Shown here: positions 1 to 8,368 of the stretch, one piece after another | How positions within the stretch are numbered: position 1 is the stretch's first letter | Layout: every line of letters begins with the position of its first letter | Source: a virus | Taxonomy: Duplodnaviria > Heunggongvirae > Uroviricota > Caudoviricetes | Length of the DNA: 16,767 nt | IMG/VR virus record: IMGVR_UViG_2877263951_000002 | Reading direction: 5' to 3' (one strand) | The notes under the pieces: generated by a model | What the model saw: only the letters and a program-made list of their open reading frames with translations | What the model was told of the DNA's origin: nothing | The model's database searches: none | Program-made: the position numbers and the translations under genes

Positions 1-561
1 TCAAAACTGAAAGCGCATCCAGGCAAAGTACACATTGCCATTGTTGTAGGTACCCGGAATGTAGGTCATCTGAAAAGTCACTGGGCCATAACCCACGGAG
101 GCCAATGGCAGTAGAACCGGGAGAGGGATGTAATTCCAGTTATCGCGTGCCGTTACGCCAGCGGTGAATCCCAGACCTAAATGAAAATTTTCATCCGCCA
201 GCGGTCGCCAGGTACTTTCCCATCCGTATCCGGCAATCGGTTCCCATTTGTTCCACGAGTCCTTAAATGCCATGGCATACAGGCCATGCCAGTTTCCTTT
301 TTCATCCCAACGCGACAGGCCAAAACCGCCACCCCACGGTCGCTCGTTATAGCGATCGGTTTTTTCTTTGTCGTAAGCGAAACGTGCATGCCAGGTGATG
401 GCAGGAATATATAAATCATAATGTTCAGGCTGTTGCCAGGTTTGTGCAATATTTTCTCTAAACGTTGTCATCCTCTCATCTGCGTTAGCAAAAACTTTAC
501 CAACGCTGATTAACTGAATAAAAACAAAGGAAAAGATAGCGACATATTTACTCACGTTCAT
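1..561 (-). CDS. pagP: lipid A palmitoyltransferase PagP (CrcA)
   Basis: Minus-strand ORF with stop TGA at 1-3 (window edge) and ATG at 559-561, 186 aa ([12 protein letters not shown]...YFAWMRFQF). Recognised as E. coli PagP. The 8 extra N-terminal residues in the ORF track come from an upstream TTG and are not used. Confidence 0.9.
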   Translation of the reverse strand: MNVSKYVAIFSFVFIQLISVGKVFANADERMTTFRENIAQTWQQPEHYDLYIPAITWHARFAYDKEKTDRYNERPWGGGFGLSRWDEKGNWHGLYAMAFKDSWNKWEPIAGYGWESTWRPLADENFHLGLGFTAGVTARDNWNYIPLPVLLPLASVGYGPVTFQMTYIPGTYNNGNVYFAWMRFQF

Positions 562-1047
562 TTGTGACCATAAAACATTTATCAAAAATCTACTACTAGC
601 ATAGCAAAGCTACAATTAACATAACCTTAATAGACCCAACATAAAGAATAATCTGAATAGCTGCTCTATTTATTTCCGCTTGTTCAAGTTAAATATTTCC
701 GCGCATCGATTAAAGATGATGCGTCGTTTTCTGCGATGGGAATAGTCAAAAAAGAAAAACCAAGTCTTTTTTGATGACAAAATGCAATCAAGGAAAAATT
801 ATTTTATTTTTTTAACGAGATACAACAATCATCTTAACGAAGTATATAATATATATCGTCAACCCATGCTCATATTAGATTATTTTTTGAGCGCACAGCC
901 GCAGCTAACACCATTGCAATTAACAAATTTGCATCAATCCACCATCAATTTACACACATTATTATGTGATAATTGCCAACCGCTAAATATGCGTTTTGTT
1001 ATCTATGTATAAAAACAGCAACTTCAATGTCTTAATGGCAGTTTTTC

Positions 1048-1061
1048 TTGATTTTAATCAG
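1048..1061 (+). promoter_or_regulatory. putative FNR binding site upstream of dcuC
   Basis: TTGATtttaATCAg, 9/10 match to FNR consensus TTGAT-N4-ATCAA, centred about 95 nt upstream of the dcuC ATG. dcuC is known to be anaerobically induced via FNR. Site not experimentally verified here. Confidence 0.4.
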
Positions 1062-1149
1062 CATTCATCGCCAATTTATTGGGCATATTTTTTCCTTAAG
1101 CTTTAGGAAGTTTTTATTATTTACTTTGGGCCTGGAGACAGGAAAAATT

Positions 1150-2535
1150 ATGCTGACATTCATTGAACTCCTTATTGGGGTTGTGGTTATTGTGGGTGTG
1201 GCTCGCTACATCATTAAAGGGTATTCCGCCACTGGTGTGTTATTTGTCGGTGGCCTGTTATTGCTGATTATCAGTGCCATTATGGGGCACAAAGTGTTAC
1301 CGTCCAGCCAGGCTTCAACAGGCTACAGCGCCACGGATATCGTTGAATACGTTAAAATATTACTAATGAGCCGCGGCGGCGACCTCGGCATGATGATTAT
1401 GATGCTGTGTGGCTTTGCCGCTTACATGACCCATATCGGCGCGAATGATATGGTGGTCAAGCTGGCGTCAAAACCATTGCAGTATATTAACTCCCCTTAC
1501 CTGCTGATGATTGCCGCCTATTTTGTTGCTTGTCTGATGTCACTGGCCGTCTCTTCCGCAACCGGTCTGGGTGTTTTGCTGATGGCAACCCTGTTTCCGG
1601 TGATGGTAAACGTTGGTATCAGTCGTGGCGCAGCAGCTGCCATTTGTGCCTCCCCGGCGGCGATTATTCTCGCACCGACTTCAGGGGATGTGGTGCTGGC
1701 GGCGCAGGCTTCCGAAATGTCGCTGATTGACTTCGCCTTCAAAACGACGCTGCCTATCTCAATTGCTGCAATTATCGGCATGGCGATCGCCCACTTCTTC
1801 TGGCAACGTTATCTGGATAAAAAAGAGCACATCTCTCATGAAATGTTAGATGTCAGTGAAATCACCACCACTGCCCCCGCGTTTTATGCCATTTTGCCGT
1901 TCACGCCGATCATCGGTGTACTGATTTTTGACGGTAAATGGGGTCCGCAATTACACATCATCACTATTCTGGTGATTTGTATGCTGATTGCCTCCATTCT
2001 GGAGTTCCTCCGCAGCTTTAATACCCAGAAAGTTTTCTCTGGTCTGGAAGTGGCTTATCGCGGGATGGCAGATGCGTTTGCTAACGTGGTGATGCTGCTG
2101 GTTGCCGCTGGGGTATTCGCTCAGGGGCTTAGCACCATCGGCTTTATTCAAAGTCTGATTTCTATCGCTACCTCGTTTGGTTCGGCGAGTATCATCCTGA
2201 TGCTGGTATTGGTGATTCTGACCATGCTGGCGGCAGTCACGACCGGTTCAGGCAATGCGCCGTTTTATGCGTTTGTTGAGATGATCCCGAAACTGGCGCA
2301 CTCTTCCGGCATTAACCCGGCGTATTTGACTATCCCGATGCTGCAGGCGTCAAACCTGGGTCGTACCCTATCACCCGTTTCTGGCGTAGTCGTTGCGGTT
2401 GCCGGGATGGCGAAAATCTCACCATTTGAAGTCGTAAAACGCACCTCGGTGCCGGTGCTTGTTGGGCTAGTGATTGTTATCGTTGCTACAGAGCTGATGG
2501 TGCCAGGAACGGCAGCAGCGGTCACAGGCAAGTAA
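1150..2535 (+). CDS. dcuC: anaerobic C4-dicarboxylate transporter DcuC
   Basis: ATG at 1150 preceded by AGGA (1140-1143), stop TAA 2533-2535, 461 aa, very hydrophobic multi-pass membrane protein. Recognised as E. coli DcuC; divergent from pagP and convergent with dpiA as in E. coli K-12. The 34-residue upstream extension in the ORF track is not used. Confidence 0.92.
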   Translation: MLTFIELLIGVVVIVGVARYIIKGYSATGVLFVGGLLLLIISAIMGHKVLPSSQASTGYSATDIVEYVKILLMSRGGDLGMMIMMLCGFAAYMTHIGANDMVVKLASKPLQYINSPYLLMIAAYFVACLMSLAVSSATGLGVLLMATLFPVMVNVGISRGAAAAICASPAAIILAPTSGDVVLAAQASEMSLIDFAFKTTLPISIAAIIGMAIAHFFWQRYLDKKEHISHEMLDVSEITTTAPAFYAILPFTPIIGVLIFDGKWGPQLHIITILVICMLIASILEFLRSFNTQKVFSGLEVAYRGMADAFANVVMLLVAAGVFAQGLSTIGFIQSLISIATSFGSASIILMLVLVILTMLAAVTTGSGNAPFYAFVEMIPKLAHSSGINPAYLTIPMLQASNLGRTLSPVSGVVVAVAGMAKISPFEVVKRTSVPVLVGLVIVIVATELMVPGTAAAVTGK

Positions 2536-2543
2536 ATAGTAAT

Positions 2544-2570
2544 GCCGGAGGCAAGTTTCCTCCGGCTTTA
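2544..2570. terminator. putative bidirectional intrinsic terminator between convergent dcuC and dpiA
   Basis: Inverted repeat GCCGGAGG (2544-2551) / CCTCCGGC (2559-2566) with a 7-nt loop, followed by TTTA; sits between the dcuC stop (2533-2535) and the dpiA stop (2576-2578). Confidence 0.45.
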
Positions 2571-2575
2571 TCATG

Positions 2576-2917
2576 TCACCCACTGTGGTATATGCGTTGT
2601 GGTCTGCCAACTTTGCCGTGAACAATTTCAGCAATAATCAGATGGCGGCTGGCGCAATATTCAAGATAACGCCTGGCAGTGGTGCGGCTGATGGTCAGTG
2701 CCTGCGCCACCGTTTCTGCCGTATGTTGCACACCAGGCTCTTTAAACAGTTTTCGCACCGCGTTTAGCGTCAAGGGGTCAATGCCGGTCGGCAGTTCGTC
2801 TTTGGGTTCACCGCGAGCATAGGCATTAAACATCTCATCAATTTGCTTCTGGCTGGCGCTATCAATACTTTCCAGCATATGTTTACGCTGGCGGAAACGG
2901 GTTAGCGTTTGCCCCAG
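2576..2917 (-). pseudogene. dpiA: 3' half of response regulator gene dpiA (citB), interrupted by Mu-type insertion
   Basis: Minus-strand frame open from 2917 to stop TGA 2576-2578 (113 codons: LGQTLTRFRQRKHMLESIDSASQKQIDEMF...RRYLEYCASRHLIIAEIVHGKVGRPQRIYHSG), recalled as the C-terminal DNA-binding half of DpiA. The frame closes 3-4 codons into the Mu-type end (stop at 2927-2929). N-terminal receiver half is not in the window. Confidence 0.8.
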
Positions 2918-3088
2918 TGTATTGATTCACTTGAAGTACGAAAAAACCGGGAGAACATTGGATTATTCGGGATCTGATGGGATTAGATTTGGTGGGGCTT
3001 GCAAGCCTGTAGTACAAATTTTAGGCGTTAACCAATGAAACGCGAAAGATAGTAAAAAATTGCTTTTGTTTCATTGAAAAAACGAAAA
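2918..3088 (+). other. Mu-type attL with transposase end-binding sites (L1 2923-2944; L3-like 3067-3088)
   Basis: 2923-2944 TGATTCACTTGAAGTACGAAAA and 3067-3088 TGTTTCATTGAAAAAACGAAAA both fit the MuA end-site consensus TGNTTCAYTNNAARYRCGAAAA; 3036-3049 contains an ACGCGAAAG half-site-like motif. Confidence 0.7.
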
Positions 3089-3254
3089 ACAAAAACACTA
3101 TAAATCATTTCAATCATAGCTTCAAAAAACGTTCAAAACCGATAACAACCAGGCTGTCACCAAATGACTCATATCACAAATCAGCTCATGCCGTTTAGGT
3201 ATGTTACATGTGTGATTATGTGAGGTGAAGTATGTTTTAGCTGGCTCATGGTTG

Positions 3255-3764
3255 TTATACGGCTTTTTTCGCATCTTGTGGTTCCAACAAAGGAGCTACA
3301 GGCTCTTCCTGTTTATGAACACCATACATTGACAAAATCTCTTGGCGAGTTTCTGGAGGTAATTTATGCAGCGCCAAAGCTGTTTGTAGTGTTTGGCGAT
3401 CAATACCCAGCGTTGCCAATAGGGTGTCAACGGAGATGGAGGGGCGTTCTTGCATTAATCCGGAAAGCCCATATTTAGCCATGTTTAGCTCTATCTCTCG
3501 GACTTCATTTTCTCCTAGTTTATTGATTAACAGGGAGAACATTTTCAATGTATCAGCATTCATTTCTTCGATAGCAATTTTTTGCATAGCCGGTATTGCC
3601 GGGATATATTCAACCCCAGGCCCGCGACGCCCTTCTTGTGAACGCTTCGGCCATCCTTCTTTCTTTGCTCGTTTATGCACCCCCTGTATTGTCCCTGGCA
3701 TTCCATCCAGTTCAGTAATTTGTTTGGGTGTCATCCACTGGTTTATCTCATTTGCGCTTTTCAT
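3255..3764 (-). CDS. c: Mu/D108-type repressor (Repc-like)
   Basis: ATG 3762-3764, stop TAA 3255-3257, 169 aa. The C-terminal region (...RQEILSMYGVHKQEEPVAPLLEPQDAKKAV) closely resembles the Mu repressor C-terminus (...KEILSKYGIHEQES...KKAV) and the N-terminus has the MPG..GVH.RA...GW.KR winged-helix motif shared with MuA and Mu Repc. Divergent from Mu in detail, so D108-like by inference. Confidence 0.8.
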   Translation of the reverse strand: MKSANEINQWMTPKQITELDGMPGTIQGVHKRAKKEGWPKRSQEGRRGPGVEYIPAIPAMQKIAIEEMNADTLKMFSLLINKLGENEVREIELNMAKYGLSGLMQERPSISVDTLLATLGIDRQTLQTALALHKLPPETRQEILSMYGVHKQEEPVAPLLEPQDAKKAV

Positions 3765-3917
3765 AAACTAAGTTTACCAGATTTATCTATATAAAAATCA
3801 ATGGATTACAAAATAAACCACATTAACTGATATAAACCAGTTTTGTTTATTTGGTAATGTATAAAACAGATAATCAAGACGAATTATTTGTTTTGGTAAC
3901 CCTTTATCATACGCAAT
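3765..3917. promoter_or_regulatory. early operator/promoter region between divergent c and ner (expected Pe/Pc and repressor operators)
   Basis: 153-bp AT-rich spacer between divergently transcribed repressor and ner, the position of O1-O3, the IHF site and Pe/Pc in Mu. Individual operators were not delimited from sequence alone. Confidence 0.45.
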
Positions 3918-4172
3918 ATGGTTGGTGTGCGAAAGATGAGTAACGATTGGCATCGGGCCGACGTGATTGCGGCCCTCAAAAAAACAGGAACCCCTCTGGC
4001 AAAATTGTCCAGACGTTCAGGTTATTCAACCGGGACGCTTGCAAATGCATTAGTCAGGCCATGGCCTAAAGGTGAACGCATTATTGCTGACGCCTTAAAC
4101 ATGAAACCTGAGGAAATTTGGCCTAGTAGATATCTAAGGGATCACAATGAGAGAGTGGATATCAGCAATTGA
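3918..4172 (+). CDS. ner: Ner-like DNA-binding early regulator
   Basis: ATG 3918 (alternative ATG at 3936), stop TGA 4170-4172. [13 protein letters not shown]...TLANAL...WPKGE.IIA.AL...PE.IWPSRY matches the Mu Ner family along its length. The 3' end overlaps the A start by 26 nt. Confidence 0.75.
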
Positions 4173-5781
4173 ATGCATGGGTTTATCTGGTTTACCTGGT
4201 TCATTAATGGGGGTTCACAAAAGAGCTCAGAGAGAAGGATGGCTCAAGAGAAGAAGAGAAGGAATTAGAGGGGTTGCTTACGAATACCATATATCTTCTC
4301 TTCCTAACATTGCTCGAGCTGAAGTTTTGCTCCAACAAGGAAAATTTAAAACCAGTCAGGGATGTTTTGAAATCGCCCGCCCCACGCTGGAAGCTCATGA
4401 TTATGATCGTGAGGCACTATGGAGCAAATGGGATAAAGCCAGCGATTCCCAGCGCAGCCTGGCTGAAAAATGGTTGCCCTCAATTCAGGCCACAGACGAA
4501 ATGCTGAACCAGGGGATTTCAACGAAAACGGCTTTTGCGACCGTTGCAGGGCATTACCAGGTCAGCGCATCCACTTTGCGGGACAAGTATTACCAGGTAC
4601 AGAAGTTTGCGAAGCCTGACTGGGCGGCTGCACTTGTTGATGGACGTGGAGCATCCCGTCGCAATGTTCACAAAAGTGAATTTGACGAGGATGCCTGGCA
4701 GTTTCTGATTGCAGATTATCTGCGACCGGAAAAACCCGCCTTCCGCAAATGTTATGAGCGTCTGGAACTGGCAGTCCGCGAGCATGGCTGGAGTATTCCC
4801 TCCCGTGCCACGGCCTTTCGCCGGATTCAGCAACTGGACGAGGCAATGGTTGTTGCCTGTCGTGAAGGTGAACATGCACTGATGCATCTGATACCGGCAC
4901 AGCAGCGAACTGTGGAACACCTGGACGCCATGCAGTGGATCAACGGCGACGGTTATCTGCATAACGTCTTTGTACGCTGGTTTAACGGTGATGTGATCCG
5001 TCCGAAAACATGGTTCTGGCAGGATGTGAAAACCCGAAAAATTCTGGGCTGGCGCTGCGATGTGAGCGAGAACATTGATTCAATTCGCCTCTCGTTCATG
5101 GATGTTGTGACTCGCTACAGTATCCCGGAGGATTTTCACATCACCATTGATAACACCCGTGGTGCTGCGAATAAATGGCTGACGGGAGGCGCGCCCAATC
5201 GCTACCGCTTTAAGGTAAAAGAGGACGATCCAAAAGGACTGTTTTTACTGATGGGTGCGAAAATGCACTGGACAAGCGTTGTTGCCGGTAAAGGCTGGGG
5301 CCAGGCAAAACCTGTTGAACGTGCTTTCGGTGTTGGTGGGCTTGAGGAATACGTTGATAAGCATCCGGCACTGGCTGGCGCATATACGGGGCCAAATCCG
5401 CAGGCAAAACCTGATAACTATGGCGACCACGCTGTTGATGCAGAGCTGTTTCTGAAAACCTTTGCCGAAGGTGTGGCGATGTTCAATGCCAGAACAGGCC
5501 GTGAAACAGAAATGTGCGGGGGCAAACTCTCGTTTGATGATGTTTTCGAGCGTGAATACGCCAGAACGATTGTGCGTAAGCCAACCGAAGAACAAAAACG
5601 GATGCTGTTACTGCCTGCCGAGGCGGTGAACGTTTCACGCAAAGGCGAGTTTACGCTTAAAGTTGGCGGCTCCCTTAAAGGCGCGAAAAACGTTTATTAC
5701 AACATGGCATTAATGAATGCCGGAGTGAAAAAAGTTGTGGTCAGATTTGATCCACAGCAGTTACACAGCACGGTTTATTGA
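4147..5781 (+). pseudogene. A: Mu-type transposase A, 3'-truncated (544 of about 663 codons); stop codon supplied by IS600 terminus
   Basis: ATG 4147 with AAGGGA 6-7 nt upstream; protein near-identical to recalled MuA over residues about 60-544 (...[12 protein letters not shown]) and divergent in the first about 60 residues. After codon 544 the sequence becomes the IS600 end (TGA at 5779-5781). Confidence 0.9.
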
Positions 5782-5842
5782 GATAGCCTGAGTTTAACGG
5801 ACACTCCTTCCTGAAATAGAATGGCATCAGAAGGAGCTAATA

Positions 5843-6145
5843 ATGAGCAGAAAAACCCGACGTTACTCTAAAGAGTTCAAAGCCGAAGCTGTCAGAACGG
5901 TTCTTGAAAATCAACTTTCGATCAGTGAAGACGCTTCCCGATTATTCCTTCCTGAAGGCACTTTAGGACAATGGGTTACCGCCGCCAGAAAAGGGCTCGG
6001 TACTCCTGGTTCCCGCACGCTGGCTGAACTGGAATCTGAAATTCTGCAACTGCGTAAGGCGTTAAATGAAGCTCGCCTTGAGCGAGATATATTAAAAAAA
6101 GCAACAGCGTATTTTGCACAGGAGTCGCTGAAAAATACGCGTTAA
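5843..6145 (+). CDS. IS600 OrfA (transposase N-terminal HTH subunit)
   Basis: ATG 5843 with GGAG 8 nt upstream; 100 aa MSRKTRRYSKEFKAEAV...; contains the slippery run at 6094-6100. Confidence 0.85.
   Translation: MSRKTRRYSKEFKAEAVRTVLENQLSISEDASRLFLPEGTLGQWVTAARKGLGTPGSRTLAELESEILQLRKALNEARLERDILKKATAYFAQESLKNTR
6094..6100 (+). other. programmed -1 ribosomal frameshift heptamer A_AAA_AAA(G) of IS600 copy 1
   Basis: Zero-frame codons AAA AAA at 6095-6100 in orfA; the -1 frame is open from 6100 through the orfB ATG at 6181, as expected for OrfAB fusion transposase of IS3-family elements. Confidence 0.6.
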
Positions 6146-6180
6146 TCGAACAATGGCGACAACAATTTCCCATTGAAGCG

Positions 6181-6999
6181 ATGTGTCAGGTATTTGGTGT
6201 ATCCAGGAGCGGTTATTACAACTGGGTACAGCATGAACCCTCAGACAGAAAACAAAGTGATGAACGGCTAAAACTGGAGATTAAGGTGGCACATATCCGC
6301 ACTCGCGAAACATATGGAACCCGGCGGCTCCAGACGGAGCTGGCAGAGAATGGCATCATCGTTGGTCGTGACCGACTGGCATGTCTTCGTAAGGAGCTGA
6401 GGCTACGCTGTAAGCAGAAACGCAAGTTCAGAGCGACTACGAACCCGAACCACAATCTGCCAGTTGCGCCAAATCTGCTGAACCAGACGTTCGCTCCTAC
6501 AGCACCAAATCAGGTCTGGGTGGCGGACCTGACGTATGTTGCCACACAGGAGGGATGGTTGTACCTCGCTGGCATCAAAGATGTTTATACGTGCGAAATT
6601 GTCGGCTACGCCATGGGAGAGCGCATGACAAAAGAGCTGACAGGTAAAGCCCTGTTTATGGCGCTCAGGAGCCAGCGCCCACCTGCCGGGCTAATCCACC
6701 ACTCTGATCGAGGTTCACAGTACTGCGCATACGATTACCGGGTCATACAGGAGCAGTCTGGTCTGAAAACATCAATGTCGCGTAAAGGTAACTGTTACGA
6801 CAACGCTCCGATGGAAAGCTTCTGGGGAACGCTGAAAAATGAGAGCCTGAGCCACTATCGTTTTAATAACCGGGATGAAGCCATCTCAGTAATACGGGAA
6901 TACATTGAGATTTTCTACAATCGTCAGCGTCGTCACTCTCGTCTGGGGAATATCTCCCCGGCAGCCTTCAGGGAAAAATATCATCAGATGGCTGCTTAA
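6181..6999 (+). CDS. IS600 OrfB (DDE catalytic domain; normally expressed as OrfAB fusion)
   Basis: 272-aa ORF in the -1 frame relative to orfA; contains typical IS3-family DDE region (...WVADLTYV..., ...HSDRGSQY..., ...NCYDNAPMESFWGTLK...). Confidence 0.85.
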   Translation: MCQVFGVSRSGYYNWVQHEPSDRKQSDERLKLEIKVAHIRTRETYGTRRLQTELAENGIIVGRDRLACLRKELRLRCKQKRKFRATTNPNHNLPVAPNLLNQTFAPTAPNQVWVADLTYVATQEGWLYLAGIKDVYTCEIVGYAMGERMTKELTGKALFMALRSQRPPAGLIHHSDRGSQYCAYDYRVIQEQSGLKTSMSRKGNCYDNAPMESFWGTLKNESLSHYRFNNRDEAISVIREYIEIFYNRQRRHSRLGNISPAAFREKYHQMAA

Positions 7000-7042
7000 A
7001 AAAAGAACAAATGGTAGTGTCCGCTATTGCCAGTACACCTCA

Positions 7043-7241
7043 ATTCTTTGGCATTTTTTACCTCGTTACGCGCGTCTGTGGCTTTGCCAACGGATACTTC
7101 CGCGTGCGCACGAGTGAACCAGTGCGTGGCAACGTCTTCCTCCACAACATGACGGCCTTTAACAAACTCGCGCCGAGAACCGTCGGGAAGCGTGAGCACA
7201 AACGGGGTATGTACGTGTATTACTGCATCATTTTTTGCCAT
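7043..7241 (-). pseudogene. small phage gene downstream of the major capsid gene, 3'-truncated by IS600 copy 1
   Basis: ATG 7239-7241 with AAGGA 8 nt upstream; 66 phage-encoded codons (MAKNDAVIHVHTPFVLTLPDGSRREFVKGRHVVEEDVATHWFTRAHAEVSVGKATDARNEVKNAKE), then the frame runs into IS600. Function unknown. Confidence 0.4.
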
Positions 7242-7282
7242 CGGGTCATCCTTAATGGCCCCGCCAGGGGGCCATGTGGCTG

Positions 7283-8224
7283 TTAAATGCCATCAACGTA
7301 CGAAATGGTTTCTTTGTACACTGGCTCGACTGCACCCAGCTTGCCGTAGTAAGTGACGATCTGATACAGACCGCGATACTGCACCGGCACGCTCTGAAGC
7401 GGAACCAGCGGGTAGCGGACGTATTTTTTATCGTTGGTGTACGCAACCATGCGATCCTTATTCCCCACACCACGGCCTTTCAGCCATTTAACCGCGCGGA
7501 TATTCAGCGGAACACCGTTCTGGTGATAGCTGATGGTGTTGGTCTGAAGGTTCGTCAACAGGGACTGGTTACCTGCAGATGAAACGATGATGCTGGACAA
7601 CAGAGCAAACTGCTCAGGCGGGATCAGCAAATCACGCGGAACCACAGAGTAACCAGAAGCGGCCCACGCATCAGACAGCACCTGGTTAATGCTTGCGCGG
7701 ATTTCGTCCGGTGTTGAGGTTGCCCACGTTTTGGCAGCGTTGTTGACAGGCACGCCGTCCAGGGTAACAAGGCCTTTCAGGTTTAATGCGGAATCGCCAA
7801 CATATACCTGTTCATCGTTATCCATCTGCCATTTCAGTTGCATACCGTCATACTTCTGCGTATCAATCGGGCGGCCGACCTGCTGAGCAGCCTGCAATTC
7901 TATGACCGTCCAGCCAAGTTCCATCCCCCACAGGTTCAGCGGGTTACCGGATTTGCCGATATCCACGTTCACGCCAGCAATAGCGGTTGAGTCTTTGCCT
8001 ACCCAGTTTTTTCCATTCGGATTTGCGCCAGTACCCGCAGCGGCGAAGCTGGTATTCGTCCAGCTGGAAATGTCATCTGCGATGGAGGCGTCTTCACGCA
8101 GTTGAATATCGCGGCTCCAGGTGTACCCCACCAGTGGCAGGTTCAGCGTCTGGTCGAGTCTCTCCAGCTCCCCGATGAGAAAGGCACCAGAGCTGTCAAC
8201 GGTTGCCTGATCAAAAGTAATCAT
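7283..8224 (-). CDS. phage major capsid protein (DUF2184-like family by recall)
   Basis: ATG 8222-8224 with AAGGAA 7-8 nt upstream, stop TAA 7283-7285, 313 aa; position after scaffold-like and small genes in a head module; sequence recalled as a prophage major capsid family. Family assignment unverified. Confidence 0.65.
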   Translation of the reverse strand: MITFDQATVDSSGAFLIGELERLDQTLNLPLVGYTWSRDIQLREDASIADDISSWTNTSFAAAGTGANPNGKNWVGKDSTAIAGVNVDIGKSGNPLNLWGMELGWTVIELQAAQQVGRPIDTQKYDGMQLKWQMDNDEQVYVGDSALNLKGLVTLDGVPVNNAAKTWATSTPDEIRASINQVLSDAWAASGYSVVPRDLLIPPEQFALLSSIIVSSAGNQSLLTNLQTNTISYHQNGVPLNIRAVKWLKGRGVGNKDRMVAYTNDKKYVRYPLVPLQSVPVQYRGLYQIVTYYGKLGAVEPVYKETISYVDGI

Positions 8225-8368
8225 TCGTCTGTTCCTTAAATCTTCCAGGAAATTTCTGCATTGCCGTCAGCATCACCGGCACCTGTGAATTCAGCGTTGG
8301 TCAGCACCACGTTTTTGCCACTGACTGACGTGGACATGAATCCACCCAGAGGCACTTTGATGGATTCA

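Larger units (their letters stand above)
2918..5778 (+). mobile_element. Mu/D108-like transposable prophage, left end and early region only (attL, c, ner, A'), truncated on the right by IS600
   Basis: Begins TGTATTGATTCACTTGAAGTACGAAAA at 2918 (Mu-type left terminus); carries leftward repressor and rightward ner and A genes; A from about residue 60 to 544 is near-identical to my recall of phage Mu transposase. No B gene, late genes or right end in the window. Confidence 0.85.
5779..7042 (+). mobile_element. IS600-like IS3-family insertion sequence, copy 1 (1264 bp), no target-site duplication
   Basis: Termini TGAGATAGCC... / ...CAGTACACCTCA (TG...CA); orfA (100 aa) and orfB (272 aa) match sizes and recalled sequences of IS600 ORFs; flanks TAT (5776-5778) and ATT (7043-7045) do not match. 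Confidence 0.85.

Noticed and set aside
562-585. N-terminal extension of pagP (MINVLWSQ...) and similar upstream extensions of dcuC (1048-1149), insC (15294-15338) and TerL (16092-16160) in the ORF track.
   Set aside because: They begin at non-ATG alternative starts (for example TTG at 583-585 and 16158-16160); the internal ATGs reproduce the known protein lengths (PagP 186 aa, DcuC 461 aa, InsC 121 aa).
562-700. PhoP box for pagP in the region upstream of its start.
   Set aside because: I could not find a convincing direct repeat of the TGTTTA-type hexamers with 5-nt spacing on the minus strand; not called.
782-1012. 76-aa ORF in the pagP-dcuC intergenic region.
   Set aside because: Very AT-rich, low-complexity translation, no ribosome-binding site, and it lies in a divergent promoter region; most likely non-coding.
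3248-3771. Plus-strand ORFs 3248-3478 and 3424-3771 overlapping the repressor gene.
   Set aside because: They overlap the well-supported minus-strand repressor ORF on the opposite strand and have no recognisable features.
4519-4962. Antisense ORFs overlapping confirmed genes (for example 4519-4962 and 4562-4900 inside A, 8688-9185 and 8261-8659 opposite the head genes, 10497-11012, 11361-11762, 12595-13044, 14494-14925).
   Set aside because: Each lies entirely within a well-supported gene on the other strand, has Arg/Cys/His-rich composition typical of spurious reverse-frame ORFs, and lacks a ribosome-binding site.
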